From Raja brachyura (Eukaryota), in NCBI GenBank assembly GCA_963514005.1, contig OY740804.1, positions 5,828,001 through 5,892,000 on the forward strand: a DNA stretch of 64,000 nucleotides. Direction: 5' to 3'. The notes beneath the pieces are model-generated. The model was not told the origin of the DNA and did no database searches. It saw only the letters and a list, made by a program, of their open reading frames with translations. The position numbers and the translations under genes are program-made. Positions 13,701-25,700 of this stretch are shown in pieces. Every line of letters begins with the position of its first letter. The first letter of the stretch is position 1.

Positions 13701-16700
13701 TTGTTCATCTGTGGAATTCAAAAGAAAGAACCATGCTGATGCATTCAAAAGAAGGATAGGTAGAGCTCTTTGGGCTAGCGGAATGAAGGGATATGGGGAA
13801 AGGCAGGAACGGGGTACTGATTTTGGATGATCAGCCATGATCACATTGAATGGCGGTGCTGGCTCGAAGGGCTGAACAGCCTACTGCACATATTGTCTAT
13901 GTATCTATGTATGTATCTACAGTTCCTTGTGTCTCCACCTCATCATATAGAAAAGCAAGGTCAATTAAAACTTGAGCAAGAGAACATTATACCGTGAGAA
14001 TAACTGGGCGCAGTGGTTTCCTCATGGTTGTTTTCGGTTGTTACTTTTGTATTTGAAGTGAACCCTGCTGATGTTAACGACTCAGGAATAGATTTAGGTT
14101 CTGTTGAGATAAAGACATAAAAGACAATTAAAGATAGAGAAAACACGCTGGATTAACTCCGCGAGACAGGCAGCATCTCTGGAGAGAAGGAATGGGTAAT
14201 GTTTCGGGTCTGAGGATGGGTCTCGAACCGAAACGTCAGAGAGAGAAAGAGTTAGATGGAGCTCTTAAAGATAGCGGCGCTTGAGGATATGGTGAGAAGG
14301 TAGGAACGGGGTACAGATTGGGAATGATCAGCCATGATCATAGTGAATGTCGGCGAAGTAGCAATAGCAAAGTTGGGTATTTCTGCAGGTGAGAGTCCGG
14401 GCACCGCCTGGGATTGTTGAAAGGCAGCTCATGCAACACTGCCGCGCTCCCTCAGTACCGCACTGCGATCCCAGCCCAGTTTCTGCTCAGGGAACTAGAG
14501 TGGGAAGTGAACCCTAATTGTACTGACCCGGGGACAGAACACTGACACATCTGGTACAATAACAGCACTGCCTGCACTTCAGACCGGAGACATTGGCCGT
14601 GAAGCAATATGACACATCATGGAACGATTTAAGTTTTCTTGCATGTAATCTTCAAAATGTTTCTATTTCCATTAAACAGTTCATTTCCCCTCCATCTGAA
14701 AGATTCTCTCCTCCATTTCAGGTGCAGTGTGGGGAGAGGCGGATGTAAGAGGAGTTGTGGGAAGAGCGATCACAATCGATTGTCACTATGCAGCAGAGTA
14801 CCGCTCACACACAAAATACTGGTGCCGTGTGCGGAGTCGCCAATGTACAGATATGGTGGAAACAAATGGGCAACACGGACGGAGTGGAAGAGTGTCAATC
14901 ACAGATAACCCGGCACGTGGAATATTTACTGTGACTGTGGAGGATCTTCACTCTGGAGATACAGGATGGCACAGGTGTGGAATTGCAACATCTAACGGCC
15001 GTCCAATGATAAACGTAGAACTCGAAGTATCTGACGGTATGTTTCGCAGCGATTGTCTTGTCGTCTCCACTGAAAAGCCTGATCCATGTTTTCTCCGGGA
15101 AGGGTCAGGGCAGCACCGATATCCCGAGGCTCCGCAGCAGTGCAGAGACCTGCGGGGAGCGGGCGGGGGTCCGGAAACCCCACTAATTTTGCTCTCACCC
15201 TATGTGGGCTCTGCCACACTGAGCGGCCACCCACTTAGAAACATGGAAACATAGAAAATAGGTTCAGGAGGAGGCCATTCGGCCCTTCGAGCCACCACCG
15301 CCATTCATTGCGATCATGGCTGACCGTCCCCAATCAATAACCCGTGCCTGCCTTCTCCCCATATCCCTTGATTCCACTAGCCCCTGGATGTCTATCTGAC
15401 TCTCTTTTAAATCCATCCAGTGATTTGGCCTCCACTGCCCTCTGTAAGCAGGGAATTCCACAAATTCACAACTCTCTGGGTGAAGACGTTTTTACTCACC
15501 TCAGTCTTAAATGGCCTCCCCTTTATTCTAAGACTGTGGTCACAGGTTCTGGACTCGTCCAACATTGGGAACATTTTTCCTGCATCTAGTTTGTCCAGTC
15601 CTTTTATAATTTTATATGTTTCTATAAGATTTCCCCCTCATCCTTCTGAACTCCAGTGAATACAGGCCTGGTCATTTCAATCTTACCTCATAAGAGAGTC
15701 GCGCCATCCCAGGGATCAATCTCGTGAACCTACGCTGCACGGCCTCAATCACAAGGATGTCCTTCCTCAGATTACACCAAAATTGTACTCAATGCTCCAG
15801 ATGTGGTCTTACCAGAGCCCGAAACAACTGCACAATAACCTCTCTACTCCAATACTGAAATCCTCTTGTTATGAAGGCCAACATTCCATTAGCTTTCTTC
15901 ACTGCCTGCTGTACCTGCACGCCAACTTTCAGTGGCTGGTGTACAAGGACACCCAGGTGTCGCTGTACCTCCCCCTTACCTAACCTAACCCCATTTAGAT
16001 AATAATCTGCCCCCTTCTTTTTGCCACCAAAGTGGATAACCTCACATTTATCTATATTATACTGCATCTGCCACGCATCTGCCCACTAACTCAACCTGTC
16101 CAGGTCACCCTGCAACCTCCTAACATCCTCTTCACAGTTCACACTGCCACCCCTCGTTGTGTCATCCGCAAACTTGCTAGTGTCGCTCCTGATTCCCTCT
16201 TCCAATTCATTAATATATATGGTAAACGGCTGCGGCCCCAACACCGAGCCTTACGGCACTCCACTCGCCACTGCCTGCCAATCTGAAAAGGACCCGTGCA
16301 CTCCGACTCTTTGCTTCCTGACGACCAACCAATTTTCTATCCAGGTCAACACCCTACCCCCAATACCATGCGCTTTAATTTTAGTCACCAGTCTCCCGTG
16401 TGGGACCTTATCAAAGGCTTTCTGAAAGGCTAGATCCACTACATCCACTGGCTCCCCTTCATCCATTTTACTTGTCACATCCTCAAAAAAATCCAGAAGA
16501 TATCAAGCATGATTTTCCGTTCATAAAATCATGCTGACTTGGACTAATCCTTTTACTGCTATCTAAATGCCTCATTATTATATCTTTAATGATTGACTCC
16601 AGCATCTTTCCCACCACCTAAGTCAGGCTAACAGGTCTGTAATTCCCCGTTTTCTCTCTCGCTCCTTTTTTGAAAAGTGGAATTTAACTTCACTTTCACT

Positions 16701-19700
16701 TCAAGTGGGATGCTCAGCACATTTCTCTTCTTCTGTACAGTATCAAATGTCACCCTATCAGAAGTTTGCATTCCGACTCAAACTAATAATCCGACAGTGA
16801 GAAACAAGCGTTGCTCGCGGTCTGAATACCCCAAGAGTTAAAAAAATCAGTCTCCAGATTGCGATCAGTCCTCCCGGAGTAGGCCATCCCGCTCCCCGCC
16901 CCCCACCTCAGGGATCAGTCACTCCCTCCCAAACCTCGGGCTCTCTCTCTCTCTCTCTCTCCCTCTGTCCCGTCAATGTGCCCCCACCCCCAGCAGCCAC
17001 TGTCCACCTACCGCCCGGCAGCCAGCCAGCCACTCCACCCGGACATTTCCCGGGTGGTAAGCAGAATAAACTAATCTTTCGCCCCATCAGCCGTCGCACC
17101 CAGCATATAATCCTTCGACATTTTCGCCACCTCCAACGGGATCCCACAAATGGCCACATATTTCCATCTCAAAGTCAAAGTCAAAGTCAAAAGAGTTTAT
17201 TGTCATGTGTCCCTGACAGGACAATGAAATTCTTTCTTTGCATAGCACAACACAACATAGTAGGCATTGACTACAATTATATATGTAAATACACACATGA
17301 ATTAATACATTAATAAAGTGCAAATAACATATGGAGGGATACACCGCTTTCCGAAGAGACCGCTCCCTCCGTAACTCCCTGGCCAAATCGTCCATCCTCC
17401 CCCCCCCCCCCCCCCCCCAATAAAAAACCCATCCCCTCCCCAGGTACATTCCCCGACAACTGCAGGAGATAGATCACCTGTCTGTATACCTCCTTCCTCT
17501 ACTCCGTCCAAGGACTCCAACAATCTTTTCGGGAGAGGGTTCGCTTGCATCTCCTCCAAGCTCACCTACTACATCCGCTGTTCCAGGTGTGAACTACTAT
17601 ATATCGGCGGAAACAAGCGCAGACTCGGCGATCGTTTCGCTGAATAACTGCGCTCAGTCAGCCTCGGCCGACGCTACTTCCCGATTGCTGAACACTTTCA
17701 TTCCCCCTCCCATTCCCAAACGCACCTTACTGTCCTGGACCTCATCCACTGTATGCCTCGTTGTCACTTTCCCTTCAGTCGACAATGATTCATTCTACAT
17801 TTTCTTTTCACCTTTGATCACTTGTTTTCACACCTTGCCTTTCCATTTATCTTCTGTCTCCCGTCCCATGACTCTCAGGCTGAAGAAGGGTCTCGACCCG
17901 AAACGTCACCCATTCATTCCTTCGATAGATTCTGCCTGCTCCGTTGCGTTACTCCAGCATTTTGTTTATATCTTAAACGGATCGTAAGTAGAGCAGAGAT
18001 GGTTAAGTGTGTGCATGCGTATAATGGGGGAAATAGAACTCAGTGCATTGTGGTGATGGATCTGAAATCACATTTGAACATCTAGGCAGTGTTCGTAGTT
18101 TAACCACTGTTGACACATGGTCTAATTGCACCCTGATGATAGTTGATCGGCATAAAATAGGGAATGAATTTGGATCAGATACTCCAAGACTCCTGGTCCG
18201 AAGGAGAGAGGTTCGAACGCCATCAGGAAGTTAATTCTACACTTTTAAAATGTGTTTACAACTGAGGTGGAAGTCAGGATTGTGGACTCATGATGGCAGT
18301 TCAAACATTCCCTGCATTGTCCAACTCAACTATGTCGCAAACCCAACAATTGAGACTGAACCACTGTCCTTGCTCTCTCCACCCACCCCCAACTCTCTCT
18401 CCATCCGCTCTCCGATCCGCGGACCAGTCGTGCAGAATTGTGAAGGGCGAGCCGGGGTCATTGGGAATAGAACCTGTCCATGATAAGCAGCGGAACATTG
18501 GGCTCCCAATTCAGTTTAGTTTATTGTCACGTGTACCGAGGTACAGTGAAAAGCTTTTATGTTGCGTACTAAGCAGAAAGACAATACATGATTACAATCG
18601 ATTCTCGTACAGTGCATAGATACATGAAAAGGAAATAACGTTTAGTGTAAGGTAAAGCCAGCAAAGTCCGATGAAGAGTAGTCCGATGGTCATCAAAGAT
18701 GTAGATAGGAGTTCAGCACCACTCTTTGGGTGTGTTAGGATGATTGAGATGCCTGATAACAGCTGGGGAAAAACTGTCCCCGAATCTGGCGTGGTGCAGC
18801 TCCTGCAACATTGCTGCGCTCCCTCAGCCCATAACTGCGATCCCAGCCCAGTTTCTGCTGAGGGATCTGGAGTGGGAAGTGAACCCGATTTGTACTGACC
18901 CAGGGACAGAACTCTGACACAACTGGTACAATAACAGCGCTGTCTGCACTTCAGACCGGAGACATTGTTCATGAAGCAATATGACACATCATGGAACGAT
19001 TTAGGTTTTCTTGCAAGTAATCTTCAAAATGTACCCATTTTCCATTAAACAGTTCATTTGCTCTCCATCTGAAAGTTTTCCCCCTCCATTTCAGTTGCAG
19101 TGTGGGGAGAGAGTAATGTAACAGGAGTTGTGGGAAGAGCGATCACAATCGATTGTCACTATGCACCAGAGTACCGCTCACACACAAAATACTGGTGCCG
19201 TGGGAGAAGTCGCCAATGTACAGATATGGTGGAAACAAATGGGCAACACGGACGGAGTGGAAGAGTGTCAATCACAGATATACAGGCACTAAGAATGTTT
19301 GGTGTGCGTGTGGAAGACCTTCACTCTGGAGATACAGGATGGTACAGCTGTGGGATTACAACATCTGCCGACCATTCAATGTTCCACGTATATCTCCAAG
19401 TATCTGATGGTACGTTTCGCAGCGATTGACGACGTCGCCACTGAAATAACCCTCCGACATTTTCGCAACCTACAACGGAATCCCACAAGTAGCCACATCT
19501 TTCCATCTCCACCGCTTTCTGCTTTCCGAAGAGACAGTTCCCTCCGCAATTCCCTGGTCAATTCGCTCTTTCCCACCCAAACCACCCCGTCCCCAGGTAC
19601 CTTCCCCTTCAACTACAGGAGATACAACACCTGTCCCTATATCACTCCCATCTACTCCGTCCAAGGGTCTCAACAGTCTTTTCGGGCGAGGCAGAGGGTC

Positions 19701-22700
19701 ACTTGCATCTCCTCCAACATCATCTACTATGTCTGCTGTTCCAGGTGTGAACAAGCGGATATAGTAGATGGGAGACCAAGCGCAGACTGGGCGATCCTTT
19801 CGCTGAACAACTCCGCTCACTCTGCCTCGGCCTTCGCCACTTCCCGATTGCTAAACACTTTTATTCCCCCTCTCATTCTTAAACTGATCTTTCTGTCCTG
19901 GACCTCCTCCAGTGTCAGAGTGAGGCCAAAGGCAAATTGTAGGAACAGCGCCTCATATTTCGCGTGGGCAGCTTACAACCCAGCGGTTTGAATATTGACT
20001 TCTCTAACTTCAGTAACCCTTGCTTTACTCCTGTCTCCATCCCGCCCCCAACCGAAGCCTCCAATTCGTTTCACTGGCTTCCTGATTATATTTTACTGAG
20101 TGTCTGCCTCGGTGTCACCTTCCCTTCAGCTGACAATGATCCATTCTACATTTTCCTTTAACATTGTCACCTTTGATCACTTGTTTTAACACCTTACCCT
20201 TCCATTTCTCTTCTGTCACCCCGAACATGACTGTCAGGCTGAAGAAATGTCTCGACCCGAAACTTCCCCCATTCATTCTCTCGAGAGATGTTGCCTGCTC
20301 CGCTGTGTTACTCCAGCATGTTGTGCCTATCCTAAAGGGATCGTGATTAGTTTTCGCGTTTAAATTTCAAAGCATTGGATAGGGTTATTGGCACGCTAGT
20401 CTTCATCAGTGAGAACATTCAGAACCTAATTTGCTTCAGATGTGCAGATGTTGAGTCCACACTTTGGGAATTGTGTTCAGCTTTCGTCCCTCAGCTCCAT
20501 GAAAACTGCCTTTGAGGTGGACGACATTGCCTGGACAGGATGGGATTGACGCAGGGAGCGATTGGACAAACTCAGACTACATTCCTGGGTGTGGAAATGA
20601 TTGAACGAGGAACTTACGGAAATGTATCAATCATGTGAAGCATATTCATTTTCCCACGATGTGTGGAATCAAAAAGTGGAGGACAGATGCAATGGGAACT
20701 ATTTAAAGAGGGGGTAATAGTACGGAGCCATTGACTGTAATGGCATGTTTTGCACAGATCAGTGACCGAAGCTGAACACAATTCGCCCAAGTTCGAACTC
20801 AATCACATAGGTACAACTGAAACAAAACATCCCAACTTATGTTCTGAGGGACAACATTTTCCACACATTGGGTAATATGCACATGGAACCTGTTGCCAGG
20901 GGGAAGTTGGTGAGGCACTAAGAATAACAGCATTTAAGATAAATGTTGGATATTTGCATAGATTGGGATCATTGCGAGTGATAAATGAGAAACGCGGATA
21001 TATGAAAATGCCCTCGAGAGACATGTTGGTCGGCATGAATGAGCTGTTGCGACGGGCATCTTTCGGTTCTCTATAACTCTAACCTTCTTCGGTTTCTGGG
21101 CTTCGCACACTCACAGAGATGTAGATGAGCCGATGAAATATCAACCGGAGGGTTCGGGCTGAGATAAAGGGCTGCTGAGATTTAGCATGTGTTTGGTTTT
21201 TAACTGTTCATACAGGTGACTGAATATTTGTTCCATTCCCACAGAACCCGTGTCTGCTCCTGTGCTCAGATATCTGTCACCAGCAAATACCTCACGTCTC
21301 GGAGGCTCAGTGTCAGTGTCGTGTGAGTCTGTCCGTGGATCCCTTCCCATCCAATACACATGGTTTGAGAAGAACGAGCATTGGGTTTCAACGATCTTGA
21401 AAAGCAAGCAACTGGATCTGAGTTGTGAAATCCTCAGAGGTGAACACCTTCAATATTACTGCACAGCCGCAAATAATCGTGGGACAAAATCCAGTGAAAT
21501 AGTCAAGGTGAAAGTCTTCAAAGGAGCAGGAACGTGCAGTTATGTGACTGAAATGAACAATGCAGGTGAGTGTCCCTCTCGTGCCCCTGAACCTGCTGCT
21601 ATTCACCTTGTGGCGATGTTTGTGGATTTCTTGTTATTTGCAGACGGCATCATTGCAGCCACCGTGAGCTCATGGTGTAAAATGCGAGAGTTTGTTTGGG
21701 GGACTGGCAAATAATTGCCTGTTGCTTTCACCTGGGAGGTGTTGAGCTTCGAAAGGAGAGAAAGGCCTGCACTTATCACAACGAGTTGAGTGCATTCCAT
21801 CAAAGTTCTGCCTTCTGCGTTAAAAATGATTTTCTGGCTGCCGCTTAAGGTCTCAGTCACTTTGAGACAGAGAAGGCAACCAACTTGATTCTGTTTGGAT
21901 CCACCATCATTTACATCCAAGGATGTACAATTTCATGATCATGTTCATGATTTTAACTCTGTTAATTGGTGTTAAACTCCAGTAATCTCACAAAATTAAA
22001 GTGGTATCTCCTTGACCGTCACTCCATCAAGAATAACCCTTACTTATGTCAAAGATAATTTTGAAATGAAACCCCATCCTCAACCTCCCCCGTTGATGCA
22101 GAGCAGCAGCAGTTAGCACCATCTGCACTATGCAATGCAGCAACTCACCAAGATTCGCAAGACATTCCCTTCCAATTGCAACAGGCTCCGTGTTCAATGC
22201 ATCATTCTTCACCATTCACACCCTCATTGGCTGGGAAGCGCTTTGGAATGACCTGTGTAGATGGTGAGGGACGGTGTACAGTATCTGTCTCTCATCGCAA
22301 TCTAAGTGGATTTCAACAGTTAAAAACATCATTAGGCGAACTCCCCTATGCACATTGATGCGTACTATAATGCACATATTTGTGAAAGGTTCATTTTGCT
22401 CTTCACTTTATGAAAGATTTCCCCTTCAGTTTCAGGAGCACTGTGGGCAGAGAGCGAAGTAAGCGGGGTTGTGGGAAGAGCGATCTCAATCGATTGTCAC
22501 TATGCAGCAGTGTACCGCTCACACACAAAATACTGGTGCCCTGGGACAAGTCGCCAGTGTACGCATGTAGTGGAAACAAACGGGAAACATGGACAGAGCG
22601 GAAGAGTGTCAATCACAGATAACCCGGCACGAGGAATATTTACTGTGACTGTGGAGGATCTTCACTCTGGTGATACAGGATGGTACAGCTGTGGAATTAC

Positions 22701-25700
22701 TACACCTGGCGAACCAACATTTAATGTACATCTCCAAGTATCTGAAGGTAGGTTTCTCAGTGAGTGACTTCATGTCTCGACTTTGGCATCTGCATAAAAC
22801 ATATGTTGGGTCACATGTTGGGAGTCTGGCGCACAGTTCTGGTCGCTGCTTTATAAAACAAAAGATGTGAAAGGTTTGGAGAAGTTGCAGAAAAGGTTCA
22901 CCGGGATATTTAGTTGTAGTTTACAAATGTAACATGGAAACGGATCCTTTGGCCCACCGAGTCCGCACCGACTAGCGATCACTGGTCACACTAGTTCTAT
23001 GTTATTCCACTTTCCCATACGCTCACTGCACACAAATTTACAATACCGCCATTCACACACCTCATTAGTGCAACATTATCACTATCAACAATTTTATACA
23101 AGGAAATTAAAAAGTTGTTGATAGTGATACTGTTGCACTAATGAGGTGTTTGAATGTTGGTATTGTAGAATTATGGCAGAGTTTCAGATTAAAAGAAGAT
23201 TAACTGCAGATGCTGGAATTGCAAAGCAAAGAGAGATGGTGCTGCTGTGTGCGGGTACAGTGGCAAACATGGTTGTTCGGCAGCTGGGAGGATGGAGAGA
23301 GACTGAGATGTTCAAATCTGGTAAATTGTGAGGAGAAGGAGCAGAGAAGACTTACAAGGATGTTGCGATGACTTGAGGGCCTGACATACAGGGAGGGGTT
23401 GAGCAGATTAGGACTTTATTTCTTGGAGCGCAGGAGGATGAGGGATGATCTTATGGCGGGTAAAAAATCATGCGAGGAATAGATCGATTAAACACACAGA
23501 GTCTTTTGCCCAGAGTAGGGGAATCGAGAACCGGAGGACAAAGTTTTAATATGAGGGGGGAATAATTTGACAGGGACCTGGGGAGTAACGTTTTTACACA
23601 AAGGTTGGTAGGTACATGAAATGAACTGTCGACAGAAGTAGTTATGGCAGGCACTATCGTAACATTTACGAAAATATTGGACAGGTACCTGAATAGGATA
23701 TGTTTAGAGGGTTAAGGCCCAAGAAAGGGCAGGTGGAACTAGTGTAGACTGGGCATGTTGGTCAGCGCGGGCAAGTTAGACTGAATGGCCTGTTTCTATG
23801 TTGTATGATTCTATGTAGATGGATGGGTCAGATTCCAACCTGGCGGCTCTGGCTAAGATATGGTGGATATTGGCGAGTGTTTGATTTTCAGATGTTCACC
23901 CAGTGGCTGACTGCTCCTTTCCCACAGAACCCGTATCTGTTCCTGTGCTTGGATTCCTTTCACCAGCCAATGACTCCTGTCTCGGGTGCTCAGTGACGGT
24001 GTCCTGTGAGTCGGTCAGTGGATCACTTCCAATTAGCTACAACTGGTATGAAAATACCCCATCTGTGGATTCAAAGATCTCGGACCAAAATGCCCTGGAT
24101 CTACATTGTCAATCCTTCAAACACCAGCACCATCAATATTACTGCACAGCCTCCAATATTAATGGAACAAAATCCAGTGAAATGGTCAATGTGTCCATCT
24201 CCAGCAGTGACGAATCCTGCAGTTTTCTAGTGAAAACCAACGGCACTGGTAAGTAGTGGAGGGAAAGAGGAGAAGAAGGGGAAGTGGGGGTGGGCGGTTT
24301 ATCAGATCACAATTGAGAGAAGCAGAAATAGACCATTCAATTATGACTGATCTATCGTCCCCTCGTCATCCGACTCTCCTGTCTTCTCCACATAACCCCG
24401 ACACCCTGAAATCCATGCACGTTATTTAATGAACTTATCATAGAAACATAGAAACATAGAAAATAGGTGCAGGAGTAGGCCATTCGGCCCTTCGAGCCTG
24501 CACCGCCATTCAATGTGATCATGGCTGATCATCCAACTCAGTATCCCGTACCTGCCTTCTCTCCATACCCCCTGATCCCTTTAGCCACAAGTGCCACATC
24601 TAACGCCCTCTTAAATATAGCCAATGAACTGGCCTCAACTACCTTCTGTGGCAGAGAATTCCAGAGACTCACCACTCTCTGTGTAAAGAATGTTTTCCTC
24701 ATTTCGGTCCTAAAGGAATTCCCCCTTATCCTTAGACTGTGACCCCTTGTTCTGGACTCCCCCAACATCGGGAACAATCTTCCAGCATCTAGCTTGTCCA
24801 ACCCCTTAAGAATTTTGTAGGTTTCTATAAGATCCCCCCTCAATCTTCTAAATTCCATCGAGTACAAACCGAGTCTATCCAATCTTTCCTCATATGAAAG
24901 TCCTGACATCCCAGGAATCAGTCTGGTGAATCTTCTCTGTACCCCCTCTATGGCAAGGATGTCTTTCCTCAGATTTGGAGACCAAAACTGTACGCAGTAC
25001 TCCAGGTGTGGCCTCACCAAAACCCTGTACAACTGCAGTAGAACCTCCCTGCTCCTATACTCAAATCCTTTCGCTATGAATGCTAACATACCATTTGCTT
25101 TCTTCACTGCCTGCTGCACCTGCATGCCTACTTTCAATGACTGGTGTACCATGACACCCTGGTCTCGTTGCATCTCCCCCTTACCTAATCTGCCACCATT
25201 CAGATAATAGTCTACCCTCATGTTTTTGCCACCAAAGTGGATAACCTCACATTTATCCACATTGTACTGCATCTGCCATGCATCTGCCCATTCACTCAGC
25301 CTATCCAAATCACCCTGCAGCCTCCAAGCATCCTCCTCACACCTAACTATACCCCCCAGCTTGGTATCATCTGCAAATTTGGAGATGTTGCATTGAATTC
25401 CCTCGTCCAAATCATTAATATATATTGTAAATAGCTGGGGTCCCAGCACTGAGCCTTGCGGCACCCCACTAGTCACTGCCTGCCATTCTGAAAAAGACCC
25501 GTTTACTCCTACCCTTTGCCTCCTGTCTGCTAGCCAGTTCTCTATCCACATCAATACTGAACCCCCAATACCGTGTGCTTTAAGTTTGTATGCTAATCTC
25601 TTATGCGGGACCTTGTCGAAAGCCTTCTGAAAGTCTAGATATAACACATCCACTGGTTCTCCCTTATCCACTCTACTAGTTACATCCTCGAAAAATTCTA

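Larger units (their letters stand above)
1..24440 (+). repeat. Segmental duplication copy 1 (matches ~34863-60385); more diverged homology resumes at 28949-~30290 vs ~60385-61700
   Basis: Collinear near-identical sequence and ORF pairs, e.g. 226-438 vs 35087-35299 and 14727-15254 vs 49715-50242. Confidence 0.95.

Noticed and set aside
14727-15254. 175-aa ORF as a single-exon secreted V protein
   Set aside because: The extension past 15036 is intron read-through; a good G|gtatgt donor sits at the same position as in the other V exons
16941-17418. (CT)n and poly-C tracts (also poly-G at ~46421-46437)
   Set aside because: Ordinary simple repeats; length differences between copies may be sequencing noise
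12421-22747. Rearranging Ig/TCR V segments or a true PIGR ortholog
   Set aside because: No RSS heptamer/nonamer seen; the V exons include the G strand and end in splice donors; C2 domains and an ITIM tail do not fit PIGR, so no gene symbol was assigned
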